From Hydrolagus colliei (taxonomy: Eukaryota): a DNA stretch of 64,000 bases. Positions 12,239 through 24,712 of this stretch are shown here, piece after piece (the first letter of the stretch is position 1; every line of letters begins with the position of its first letter). The notes under the pieces were generated by a model. That model saw nothing but the letters and a program-made list of their open reading frames with translations, was not told the origin of the DNA and ran no database searches. Location: contig CM068744.1 of NCBI GenBank assembly GCA_035084275.1, positions 21,266,001 to 21,330,000 of the forward strand, in the 5' to 3' direction. The position numbers were made by a program, and so were the translations under genes.

Positions 12239-12894
12239 TAATCATAATCCTTGCATTTGATATAGCGCCTTACCATATCTTCTAGAGATCTCAAAGCACT
12301 TCAAGACAATACTATATATTTTTGGGAGGGATTATTACTCCCATAAAGTAATCTGCCGATTAACTACTGAGTGCCTTCACTAGGCTTGTGGAGTAAGAAA
12401 CTTGCCTAAGGCTTCACCCTGCCTTGCAATCGAACCCAGGCTCTCTTGCATGCAAGGTAATCTACAGGCCTCTACTATTATTGCAATGGGGAATTAGATG
12501 AATGCACATATTGTTTAATTTATTAATGCTTGTTCTTCAATATTTTAAAGCTGGAGTCGAACAATGTTGAGGTAGTACTTACACAATAATACTTACATTT
12601 ATATAGAGCTTTTCATGTCAGGAGGATATCTCAAATCACTTTACACTTTGGGAGGATGGAGTACAAATAACTGAATGCGTGCTACCAACTGGATGCTCCC
12701 TCCAGTCAGCAAATACTTATTGCAGTTTTCAAGCTATCTCAAGAGATAAACTACTGTGCGTTGGATTTTATTACCCCAGCTTACTTCATGTTCCCCACCT
12801 TACTCGCCCAACCACTGGTGTGGAAACTTTCAACCGTTCTGTTCCCACTCTCTGGAACTTCATTCGCCTTAACTCCACCTTTACTATCTTTAAA

Positions 12895-13330
12895 TAATTC
12901 AAGATCCTTGTCCTCACTTTCAAGACCATTCATGCCCTTGCCCCCACCTATCTCTCTGACCTACTGTCTCCCTATCAGCCTGCCCGCATCCTCCGTTCAG
13001 CAGACTCAGGCCTGCTCCGCGTCCACTGCCCTAACCACCCAACCATCGGCGGCTGGACTTTCAGCCTCTCTGCTCCCACACTGTGGAACTCCATCCCACA
13101 GCCCCTCTGCCTCATTTCTTCCCTTTCTTCCTTCAAGGCTGGTCTCAAGATCTTTCTCTTTGACCGCGCCTTCAGCTGCCCCACTAACTCTTCCCACTCT
13201 CCTTCCCCTTCCCCCGACCCTCCTTCCCCTCACAACTCCGCTCAGGTCCCGACCAGACTGTTCAGCGCTTTGGGACGTCCTCCCGACGTGAAAGGCATTT
13301 TATCTGTGCAATTTTGTTGTTGTTGTTGTT
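12895..13330 (+). mobile_element. 5'-truncated L2 LINE (ORF2 C-terminus, 3' UTR, (TTG)n tail)
   Basis: TTCAAGATCCTTGTCCTCACTTTCAAG (FKILVLTFK), tail AGCGCTTTGGGACGTCCTCCCGACGTGAAAGGC...(TTG)n. Confidence 0.9.
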
Positions 13331-14964
13331 TAAAATATTTAAGATCTTTCTTTTTAATTGCTCTATTGGGTCTTCTCTTCCCCACCTTCCTCAGTTTGAG
13401 GTCTCAGTCAGCTTTGTGAAGCACTTTGAATTTCTTCCTGTTGTAAAAGGCACTATATCATTGTAAAAGTGTTACTGTTTTCTCATCTTCAGGCAGTCTT
13501 TAAAGAATGTGCAATGCATTACACTTTTGGCCACAATTGATTGCTGTAATGTTAGCAAAATGACCGCGAGTTTGTGTGCTGCCCAAGGCTGTAAAGGCTA
13601 ACATTTAATGGTTGGATCACAAAGGAACAATAGTTTATTGTTATGACTTGAAAACTGCAATAAATATTTATGTTTCAAAATTTTTGACAAGGGCAAAGTG
13701 CCAAACCTGTAATCCAAATATAGATGGTCCAGAAAAAGTTACAGGACAAATAACCTTTGGAGGGGAATTAGAGGATTTAACTGCTTCAAAAGTGCAGTAC
13801 TTGGCAACCTATTAGCTTTTTTATTGTACACTATCTTCAAACATGTGTCATAATAAAAGCAATCCTTATCATATCATTGAGATGTCTCAAAGCACTTCAC
13901 AGAATTTACTGCATTAGTGAATTGACTATATTTTGGGGGCAAACACAGTAGTGTCCCACGAACAGTCATCAACCAAATTATGTTTGTTTAACCCTAACAG
14001 AATACAAAAATTGTAAGAATATTTGTTCAATTCACCCATAATCTGAGGTGTCACTAGATTCATTTTTTTTCTGCTTCAATGTGCAGTGAAATATTCACTG
14101 AGAATGTCTTCATGCCACAATAGTGATAGACTCACATGGGATTATGAACTCACCAATTACAATCACTATCTCCACAAGAATCATTTCAGGCTCTTCCAAA
14201 TCCTTACAGCATCCAAGAAGATGTCACAACTTTCAAGAAGCTGATACTGGTGCAATGCAATCCTTTGGATGAGATGCTAAACTGAATCAAAAAATAGACT
14301 TTCCGAGCCTGATGGCAGCTTCTGTGAGTCCCTTATCACTGAGCACAAGACTGACTTTTGCCATCACAATGAAACAACGTTTTTTCATTGTGTTGGTTTA
14401 TTGCTGCCTGGTCACATGAGGACGTTGGCTCCTTTAGGAATGCTTTAGGAATGCTGCCACTTCCTTCATTTATTGTTGCTGCTGATCTCCCAGCAATACT
14501 TCTTCTGCTACCCCACAGAGGTCATCAAGTGTCATAAACAGTGCAGTGCATAGGAGGAAGAAGCAAACTACACACAGTTAGTGTAAATATTAACACTGTT
14601 CCAGTTAACTGACAGCTTGTACCATGCAGACTTCAGCGTCATGATTCCTCCTGTTAAGATCTCGGCTGGTTCATCTGGTGCACGGAAACAACATGCAGAG
14701 ATGAGATGTTCTCTCAGGGAGGTCCAGTCAACTCATATTGCGATTGTGCAATTCTCAGTGACTGACTGCCACAACAAAAGAAGTGTGTGCATTTTTACGG
14801 AGTTTATAACTTCGAAGTGTCTCAAACTGCTTCACAGTAATTACTGTCAGATGTACTGTCTGAGACAGCACGGACCCAAATATATCACTGCCAAGAAGAA
14901 ACTGGCAGAAACTCCCCTTTTTGAATTGTGGCATAGGATTTTTAATATATATATTATAATAGAT

Positions 14965-15262
14965 GTGGAGTCCTGTAGCTCAGTGGTTAGAGCATATGCC
15001 ATACAAGCAAGAATCCTGGGTTCAAATCCAGGCAGGGCGAAACCTTGGGCAAGTTTCTTTACTCCACATGCCTGATAATAATACCCAACAAAAATTAGTC
15101 ACCTGAATTTATGACTGTTTGTGGCACCCTGCTGTGCGAAATTGGCTGCCGCGAATCACCCACAAAAAATACAGTCAATTCACTTGACAGTACATTCTGT
15201 GAAGGGCTTTCAGACGTCTAGAAGATGTGAAAAGCACTTCATCAAATGCAAGTATTATTATT
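14965..15262 (+). mobile_element. Full-length tRNA-derived DeuSINE-type SINE, about 300 bp
   Basis: tRNA-like head, Deu-like core, L2-like tail ending (TTA)n. Confidence 0.85.
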
Positions 15263-15825
15263 AATAGTTCTATTCTTAGATACGCAGAGCCTCAGTTTGG
15301 CAACCAAAACATCCAGAGCACAGCACCTCTGACAGCTCCCTAGTACTGCACTGGAATGTCAGCCTGGACTATATGAGTCTCAAACCTGATGTGGGCTATG
15401 AAATTACATATTCCCGAGGTGAGAATGCTGTCAACCAAGTCCAAGCTGACAGCTCACTTGATAGCAGCTGGAGGGGTCATTATTTTCCCTTTCAGGGTGT
15501 GGCATGATACAAAGGATCTAAATACAGGGCAAACCAGGAGGGAGAGGAAGGAGGAGAATATTGAGGGTTAATTTATAGTTTCATATTTTGACACCAGGTT
15601 GGTGGTTTGATTCATTGCTATTGCTGCAAAATGATGCCAAGTCTGTATTCTAATAGACTCATTATCAAGTGAATGAGCAGCACATGGTGCAGCTCTTTAA
15701 AAGGCTGAACTGCAAAGATAAGGTGGAAGTGAGCCTGTTATTCAATTTTGGTCAAAATTAGGGGACAGAGATTTAAAATTAAGCAACTTCAAGTAAGACT
15801 GGCGATGAGATTTGTTCCTTTCCCC

Positions 15826-15849
15826 AACACACACACACACACACACACA
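15826..15849. repeat. (CA)n microsatellite
   Basis: Read directly. Confidence 0.95.
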
Positions 15850-16009
15850 GATTAAACTGAACCGATTTCAGTTTAATCAATTTGATATAGTGTGAATTAA
15901 TTTTGTCAAGGCACAAACAATAATTATCTGCTTATGAATGATTTGGAGAATATGTGAAGATTGAAATGAACTAAAAGCCTTTGCTTCAATTTGTTTCACC
16001 AACAATTTT

Positions 16010-16750
16010 CTCCCAGTTCATAAAGGGGAAGCAGGATAAACCCAGAAACTACTGGCTAGTTAGCCTAATGTCAGAAATAGGGAAACTTTATCAAATGCAA
16101 GGATTATTATTATTATTATTAAGTGATGAATTTGAGAAGAAGAATGAGGAGAGGCAATACAAGCTAGATGGTAGAATCCTAAAAGGGGCAAAGGTCTTGG
16201 GGGTTGATATAAGTCAATCTTTGAAGATGGCAGGACAGGTAGCTGTTAAAAGGCATACGGGATACTAGGCTTTATGAATAGGGGCACAGAATACAAACAT
16301 CAGGAATTTATTGTGATGTTATTGAATCCACAAAACACAACATAGACTCAGTCCTTTAATTCAAACTTTACAAGACACCCTCTTTCAAATCAAACTCTTT
16401 CACACTCTTGTTTCAAATCCGCAATTCAATTCAATTCTTCCCAGATTCCTTTCATACTCGCACCATCCATATTCAATTGCTACTTATGCCATTAAAGTAA
16501 ATATGCAACAGTTATGATGAACCTTTATAAAATACTAATGAAGCCTCAGCTAGAGTACTGTGTTCAGTTCTGGGCACAACACTTTAGGGATGATGTCAGA
16601 GCATTTGAGAGGGTGCAAAGGAGAATTAGCAGGATGGTACCAGGAATGAGGGACTTCAGTTATCAGGAGAGGAGCTTGGATTATTCTCCTTGGAGCAGAG
16701 AAGTTTAAGAGGAGACTTAATAGGGGGTTTCAAAATTGTGAGGGGATTTG
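16010..16750 (+). mobile_element. CR1 LINE ORF2 fragments, interrupted at about 16310-16510
   Basis: KGKQDKPRNYWLVSL and NLYKILMKPQLEYCVQFWAQHFRDDVRAFERVQRR are typical CR1 ORF2 motifs. Confidence 0.85.
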
Positions 16751-17059
16751 AGTGTTTGTAGAGTGTGGTGTGTGAAGAGAGAGTGAGAAGGAAGCTAGGT
16801 TTGAATAATGGAGATGTGTGATGGTTGAGCATTCTCAAATGGTTGCTTGAACATCTTTAGATTCACAGAGTATCTACACATTGATGACAGTGACATCCTG
16901 GGTGCTTTTTCTTGTTCCGTGCTTGCTTATGTATTTTAAATTATTCACAGTGAATACCCTGCTTTATAATTGTTGGTGCCCAATGGTTCATCCCTGGGGC
17001 TGAGGAGAGCTCTCCAGCACGCACAACAAACAAACTGGACAGAGTCCACCTAACAATCA

Positions 17060-17427
17060 ACAACAACAACTTCAATTTATATAGCGCCCTCCACGCCAAC
17101 GGCGTCTTAGAGCGCTTCACAGTAGCGGTTCCCGGGACCGAGCCAGGAGCAGGGGCAGGAAGGTGACCAAAAGCTCGGTCGAAGAGAAAGGTCTTCAACT
17201 CTGACCTGAAACTGGGAAGAGAGGGGGCGAGGCGAAGCGAGTGAGGAAGGGAGTTCCAGAGCCTCGGGGAGTAGTGGCTAAAGGCACGGTGGAGCGGGGG
17301 ACTCGGGGGACACGGAGGAGGCCAGACCCAGAGGAGCGAAGGCAGCGGTGCTGGGTTGGGGGGAGAGGAGATCAGAGAGATAGGGGGGTGGAGAGGAGTG
17401 GAGGGATTTGAAGACGAGGGTGAGGAT
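17060..17427 (-). mobile_element. Young CpG-rich 5'-truncated L2 with 6-bp TSD
   Basis: (CAA)n tail, KTFLFDRAF peptide, CAATCA at 17054-17059 and 17428-17433. Confidence 0.85.
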
Positions 17428-18103
17428 CAATCAGCTCAATCGGACAATCGGCTCCTCAGCTTGTAATATTATCAAAGAGCTGGGAATGAATTGATGACGT
17501 TTAAAAATTGTGTCTTAAAAGTTCTTGAGCGATCCAACTGGAACACGAAAGGACGTTTTGAGAAGAGAACAAATCGCTTTGCGGTGCCTGTATTTGTGAT
17601 TTGCAGGTGTGAAAGATAGTGGGGTGGAGCGAATTAAAGTCTGCAGAGACCCTTCTTGGAAGAAGCATGAATTATGGTATCTGAACCAAATTTTATACTG
17701 TTTTTCCTTTGTATGGTGATTTCCATGAATAAATGGTGAATAGAGTAAGCAGCCGAAGACCCAATTTTTTTATACTAGCACTTGTGCTTGTTTTCATGCA
17801 AAAGCTTTGCCTTTAGATTAGATTAAATTTGAAGTTTGGAGATTTTGCCCTCTCTTGTTGGGTAAATTGCTGTGTGCAAATTGGCTGCCATATTTATCCA
17901 CAGAATAAATAGTCACAATACTTTACAGTCGAAAGTCAGTTCCTATGATTGCTCATTCCAGATGATTGCTCCGAGGTTTACAAACTTGGAAAAGTTTGAA
18001 TACATATATCAAAGCTGGAATTTGAATGGTCTTTGTTTACAGTAGTCATGTTTGCATATTAAATACAGTCACTATATTTCAGTTAATAATAGTAATTCTT
18101 GCA

Positions 18104-18237
18104 AACCACAAATTACTGCAGATACTGGAAATCTGAAACAAAAACAGAAATTGCTGGGAACACTCAGCAGATCAAACAGCATCTATGGAGAAAGAAAAAT
18201 GAGTCAATGGTTCAGGTCCACGACCCTTCATCAGAAC
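18104..18237 (-). mobile_element. Single-arm Penelope-like copy retaining a CTGATGA hammerhead core
   Basis: Homologous to the left arm of 1817-2062; minus strand 18237-18201 reads GTTCTGATGAAGGGTCGTGGACCTGAACCATTGACTC. Confidence 0.7.
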
Positions 18238-18284
18238 AATAATATTTCTTGCAGTTGATATAGTGCATTTGATATCATCATGTC

Positions 18285-18781
18285 ATTGATTCATAGATTC
18301 ATAGATTCATAGAATTTTACGGCACAAAAGGAGGCCATTCGGCCCATCTAGTCTGTGCCGGCTCTTTGAAAAGAGCGATTCAAACCCACTGCCCTGCCCG
18401 CTCCCCATAGCCTAATAGACCTGTTCTCCCTAAATAAAGATCTAATTCCCTTTTAAAAGTTGTTATCGAATCAGCCTCCACCACCTTTTCAGGCAATGCA
18501 TTCCAGATTCCAACAACTCGCTGAGTGAAAAAATTTCTCCTCAGCTCCCCTCTACTTCGCCTTGAAACTATTTTAAATCTGTGACCACGAGTCACAGATT
18601 CGCCCACGAGTGGAAATAGTTTTTCTCTATTTGCCCTGTCGAAACCCCTCATGATCTTATAAACCTCTATTAGGTCTCCCCTCAATCTTCTCTGCTCCAA
18701 AGAGAATAACCCTAGCCTATCTAGCCTCTCCTCATAGCTGAAGTCCCTCAATCCTGGCACCATCCTAGTAAATATTCTCAC
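18285..18781 (-). mobile_element. CR1 LINE 3' end (open 133-codon ORF2 C-terminus and 8-bp tail repeats)
   Basis: LGLFSLEQRRLRGDLIEVYKIMRG...RRNFFTQRVVGIWNALP; (GATTCATA)n tail. Confidence 0.92.
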
Positions 18782-20594
18782 CCGTGTGAAGGGTGATATC
18801 TAAACTATATATGTCGCAAACCGCGGCAGCCTATTGAATGCAGCAGTGTCCCGCACACATAATTTTGTTAAAACATCTCTTTGATGTGCTCAGAGCCGTT
18901 CTTACTGACATGCATGCGTATATCAAAGCGAGGATTAATTATATTTTTCTTATATTATAATAAGGGGTTGGTGAATAACAGTAAGTTTGTAACCAAGCTG
19001 TCAACATCCCTTCACTCACCAATACTGCCTTCCAAGTTCTCTTGCCAATATAAAGCTGAGGGCAAAGGTTCCAAATTACACTCATTTATTGTTGTTTTCT
19101 TTTATAAAACTGTGAACCAGAATAGTTGCCATAATATTTTTCTCCACTACCGACCAGCTGCCAACAGTAGTTATAAATCGTTTGAGTTTTGTATGTTCCA
19201 ATAAATCTCTTCGGGCTGATTCATTTCCACTGTAATCATCCCAACACAAAAAAAACACAAGTGATTTATTGTCTATATGTCTGAAGTAAATTAAAACACA
19301 ACAGTTCTGTGGCCCAGAAGGTTGTCTTTTATTTCCGCAGCTTGCAACACTATAATGTAGTGTGATGTAAACTTTAGAATCCATTATAGTCCTCCAGTCT
19401 TTTTTAATAAATCCCGTGGAATAAGGCTCTGGTGAACTGTCAGTTGGAAATGAAAGAATGGAATATATAATGGATTGCAAATAGCCATTTAGGCTACTGT
19501 AAGAAATGATACAGCTTGACCTGTTAATGCTTTTCTCATTTTTATTTTAAAATTGTGTTATTGAGTGATGTAGTGCATGAAATTGCCAGTAACCCTGTGT
19601 AATAGATGCAGTGCAAGCTACTTGTTCTTTGTGACTCTTTTATGATCAGCGTATTGAGAATCCTATCTTGTGGCTCAGTTCAGCACCTGGTGATTTGAAT
19701 GAGAATGTCTACAGCAACTGCATTGTTTGCACCAAATGTGAAGAACTTCTGTACCTGTCCTGTGATTTAATGAAGCGTATCAGAGGCTTTAAGGTCAATG
19801 TGAAAGAGTCATTTCTTCAGAACTGAGTTATAATTCAATGGATGTTTCAGGTGGTTTCTCAGAAGTCACATATCCTATTTTCAAAATAACTAGTGGTTTG
19901 AATTTCAACGGTCTTACGTGTGGTGGACTGGTTTCAACATTCATTTTTTTAAAATTGGCAATAGAATAGAATAAAGAAAACCTGTGAGGGCAGGTTTTTT
20001 AATATTGTTTTTGTACCGCGATGGATATTTTTTCCTTTAAGTGAGCCAAAGCATGAAAAGTAGCCAACTTGTAACTTAGTCCTTTTAAGTTCTTGTTTAC
20101 ACCTCCCATTTTGCATAGTTATGAAAGCAGTATTGAGCCCATATGGGTATAAAGTATCCAATTTAAGGGGAAGTACATTCAGTTCACTGCTGTTAAAGAC
20201 AACTGAAGTGCAGTTCCCTACTTCCTACTGAACTTCTTCCAAAACCTCTGCCTCTTTTCCTCAAGTCCTGTCTTCACAACCCTCCTAAACACATGTCATA
20301 TTTTGAACTGTGGAAAACCAGCTTTTAAGTTGAATCCAAATTTAAGAATTTTCCAAAATTCTTCCCATGCTCAGAGTTAATGGTCTTCGAGCTAATTCCA
20401 TGCGAATGTTCAAAACTTTAGATGTCTTCAAATGGCCACCATTGCTTGGTTCATGGAGGATGTGGGGTAACCAACAAAATCACAGAAGAGGACCTTATGA
20501 TGGTACAGTTAGAGAGAGGATGGAGGGTGGGTATTTTGAAAGGATCAGATCAAGTGAGCCATATCTGAAGCCCTTGTATGATCTGGTAGGTCCC

Positions 20595-21067
20595 CTACTT
20601 TTGCTAGTGCCTTCACTTGTCAGCCACTGGCAGCATCAACCTCCATGGTTGCACACTCCACCTCACCAAGCCAGTCAGGAACCTAGGTGTCTTGTTCCAT
20701 CCTCAACTGTCTTTCCTCCCCCACATCCAAGCAACGACCCACTCTGCCTTCCTTCCCATTCGCAACATTGCCCGACTCCGCCACTACCTCACCCCTCAGG
20801 CCGCTGAAACTCATATTCATGCCTTCATCACATACAGGCTCCATTACGCCAACACCCTGCTTGTCTGCCTTCGCAACTCCTCCCTCCATAGGTTGCAGAT
20901 TATCCAGAACTCTGCAGCCTGCGTCCTCTCCCGCACAAAGCTCCAAAACCCCATTTCCCTCATTCTCACCCGACTTCATTGGCTCCCCATTATCCAAAGA
21001 ATTCAATTCAAGATCTTGGTCCTCACCTTTAAAGCCCTCCATGGCCTCGCCCCATCCTACCTCTGTG
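20595..21067 (+). mobile_element. L2 ORF2 C-terminal fragment
   Basis: VRNLGVLF...HAFITYRLHYAN...LHWLPIIQRIQFKILVLTFKALHGLAPSYL. Confidence 0.9.
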
Positions 21068-21127
21068 ACTCTACGACTTTACAATATATTCTGTAAAGCA
21101 CTTTGAGATATCTCGAAGAAATTATAA

Positions 21128-21870
21128 CAACAACAAACTACACTTGTATAGCATCCTTCACCTCAGAAAGACGTCCCAGGGACTGGACAATCAGGAATTT
21201 TGGACCCGAGCTGGTAGTTAAAGTCAGAAGAGGAGGAGGGCAGGGGAGTTGGGGATAGGATGGTGGCAGAAAGCACTCTTGAAGAGGAGGGTCTTCAGAT
21301 GGGAATTGGAAGAGGCAAGAGAGTGGGTGAGGCAGAGGGATTGCGGGATAGAGTTCCAGAGTGTGGGGGCAGTGATGCTGAAAGTCCGACTTCCAGAGAA
21401 GTGAACCTGAAGCAGGCCGAGGTCCGCTGAGTGGAATGAGTGGACAGGCTCATATGGGGTTATGAAATTGGAGGGGTGGGGGGAGAAAGACTGTGGAGGG
21501 TCTTGAAGGTAAGAACGAGGGTTTTGTATTTGATTCTCTGATAAATGGGGAGCCAATGAAGCCGGGCAAGAACAGGGTTCCCGGAGCCTGGCGAATGAAC
21601 AAGCTGTTCATTCAATCCACTGCTCTGCCTTATCCCTGTACTCCTTGAAGCCTCTATGCACAGTTCAAAATAATCTGGAGCTTGTGGAGGAAAGAATTGG
21701 ACAGTCCAGTGAACAGGCAGTTGGTGTAGTCAAACCAGAACATAATGAAACCGTGGATCAGGGGCTTGGCAGCCTGTAGTGAGAGGAATTGGTAGAGTCC
21801 AATAATGTCAAGGAGGTGAGGAAAAGGCAGATCAAACCCTACACAAATGTAGGGTTTGAAGGATAGCTGA
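21128..21870 (-). mobile_element. L2 3' fragment containing a 58-bp foreign insert
   Basis: (CAA)n tail at 21128; APTLWNSIPQSL...LKTLLFK on minus strand. Confidence 0.85.
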
Positions 21871-22157
21871 GGGTCAAAAAGGACTTTAAAGGTTTGGATT
21901 GGCTTGGTGAGATGAAAAGTGCAGCCATGAATAGTGATAATGTCAGCGGCTGAGATGAGGAAGCTCTACACCAAATGCCAGGATTATTATTATTGTGACT
22001 TGCAGAGATGAGGAAGGTGAAATGTCTCTCACATTGAAATGTTGATACCACTTTGGGGCTTTAAATGGAATTTTGTGCTACTTTGTATGAATGGGATTTG
22101 GAGGCAAATTCTGCCCTAAATGTGCAGCCTTTTTTTCCTTGATTTGCTTTTAAAATA

Positions 22158-22158
22158 A

Positions 22159-22190
<32 letters not shown>

Positions 22191-22212
22191 TGCGTTCATG
22201 CGTGCGTTTGCG
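22158..22212. repeat. (TG)n microsatellite running into a (GC)-rich alternating tract
   Basis: Read directly. Confidence 0.9.
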
Positions 22213-22359
22213 CCAATTTTTTAATTCCACAAAACTGCACACGGTGAAATTGCAGTTTAAACAGGTGGCAGCACAAAATTATATGCAAAATGTAGTGAAT
22301 GCTTCAGGTTGGCTTCTGAATGCTGATCTCCTTCGGCACATTGCCACAAGCAACGAAAC

Positions 22360-22650
22360 ATAGAATCATTGAATACAATCATAAAAATTTGCAGAGCAGA
22401 TGGAGAACATTCAGGCATCGAGTCTGCACTGCTTTCAGAGCAAGCTGTTCATTCAATCCACTGCCCTGCCTTATCCGGGTACTCCTTGTAGCCTCTATCT
22501 GTTTATTTCCCTCCTGAAGCCCACAGTGGATTTTTGTTCCCTATCACCTTCCTTGCAGAGCATATTGCTTTCCATTGACTCCAGGTGTAAGTATGGCCCC
22601 TAGTCTCTGGCTCCCTAGGGATGTCCCGTAAATGCAAAGTGAAAAAAATC
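22360..22650 (-). mobile_element. Decayed CR1 3' tail
   Basis: CATAGAATCAT tail, similarity to 18290-18540. Confidence 0.6.
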
Positions 22651-24194
22651 ATGTTCGTCAAAATATTTTTATGTTTACAGGGCATCAGAGAACTGTGTAA
22701 GGCAGAAGCAATGCCCAAATTACTAACCATGAATAATGGCTTGTCAATTGGTTATTGATGTAGCTGCCTTACAATTATGAAATCATAGTGGTTACCACAT
22801 AGAATTGTGCCATTTGTCTCTCTGCATCCTGTCTGGTGCTGGCTCGCAACTTGAGCTGAATACATGACTATTACTCTTTGACATTTTACCGAACCCTTTC
22901 CTATTATTTTTGATCTGTTATATAGCTGTTAAGGTCTCAATTTCAAGAACTATTTGCGATAAAGCATTGCATAGTTATCAATCTTCATATTCTAATATTC
23001 CTCTACATTTTTCTTCAATTTCTGTTCACTTTTACCAATTTGCTGATTACTGGAAATAGCCTCTCGCTTGCTACTTTTCAACTGTTGGAATTACTCAAGA
23101 TTATTCATTGGGGTCCAAAATGCAGGACCTTCAACAGGTTGACAACAAAAGGTCATCTGACATGAGCAGAGTTGACTCTATGTGTACAACATGTAGCCTT
23201 TCAAGATTATCAAAGCAGCCATGCTAGTCTGGCTCAATTGTTAGCACTCTCACCTTTGAGTGATAAGAAGGATGTGGATTCAAGTTGAGGCATTGAGCTC
23301 ATAGGACAGGCTGACATCTCAGTGAAAACCCTCCACTTGCAAGCTACTTGCAAGTGGAGAGTTGAAATGCTGCACCGCGTGAAGGGTGATATCTAAACTA
23401 TATATAAAAGTCGTTGTTGTTGCAAACCTGGGAAACCACTGCATTGTTGGAAGATGCAGTTTATCAAATGAAAGATTAAGTTAAGGGCTCTTATTCCTGT
23501 TCAAGTGGATATCAAAGATCCTATGCCCCTCAATCTAAACCAAGTTGGGGATTGTTCAAAAATCAAAGGGAGTTTTCCCAGTGTCCTAGGCAACAATTCC
23601 ACAGATTAAAGTGTCTTTCACATCATGGATGTTTATAGGTCATTACTGTGGGTAAAATTGGCTGCAACAGTCACCACAAATATACAGTGGTTACATTTTA
23701 CAGCAAATCATGTGAAGCACTTTGAGTCATATTGACATGTAAGATTATATGTAATGCAAAAAGCATTACATTACTTTGATTTTTACTACTACTCTCTCCC
23801 ACTTCAATTTTTCAAGTTGGCAAATTTCCAGTTGAGGTCTCGCAAGTTGCTGAATTTAAATTGCAGTTCACTTGGCAATGCTCCTATTGAAATTAAAATT
23901 AAATTAAATTTAAAAGGAAACCAAGAATGAGCCATAAGCAAATCAGTGAACATCAAAGATGGTAATTTATTGAAGAGCAATATAGTGAGAGGCTATAGTG
24001 TTCTTACTGTTGGGAATACAGTATCTTGTAATCCTATTATTCCAGGCGAGATGAGGCAGAATAACTTTTGTACATGAGGTATTTGATATACTGGGTTTTA
24101 AGTAAAATTTTAATCTTTGGTTCAACTAGATGCACCAATGTATTTTTATTCTGTTTCTTCTTTGATACCATTGCCTCATGTAGCCTAAAGCCTT

Positions 24195-24712
24195 ATCATC
24201 TACAGTGTTGACTATTCCTGTGCCCTTCTCGATGGTCTCCCCAGCCCCACTATCCACAAAATCCAACTAATTTAAAACTCCACTGTTTTACTCACAAGCT
24301 CTAAACTTTGTACCCCCATCACACTGGTTCTCACTGGCTCCACTGCCTCCCTCCTCACAGAATGGATAACCTTCAAGGTCTTTATCCTCGTCTACAAATT
24401 CCTTCATGCCCTGGCACCTCCTCACCTCTCCAACCTGCTTACTCCGCACTCTAAAATCTGCTGCCTCCATTTGGCTGACTCCAGTCTCATACTTGTTCCT
24501 TACTCCTCCCACTCCAATGGAATTCTCCCTCCGCCTTGTCCCTTCTTTCTCCATTTTCAGATTGTGCCTGAAGACCTTCCTCTTTGATCATACAGTACTT
24601 ACAGTCGGTTCTACCCCTCTCCCCACCCCTTGGTGTCAGGCTCCACTGTTGTTAAGCACTCTAAGATGCTATCTCTGTTGAAGGGCAGTATATAAATCCA
24701 AGATGCTGTATG
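24195..24712 (+). mobile_element. Decayed L2 3' fragment
   Basis: CTCCACTGCCTCCC, TTCAAGGTCTTTATCCTCGTCTACAAA, CTGAAGACCTTCCTCTTTGA and tail. Confidence 0.8.

Noticed and set aside
14432-14455. Small tandem duplications (also about 5968-6020 and 47941-47968)
   Set aside because: Ordinary slippage-scale repeats expected in any 64 kb.
16310-16510. Unidentified 200-bp segment interrupting a CR1
   Set aside because: No TIR, clear TSD or second copy visible; cannot classify without a search.
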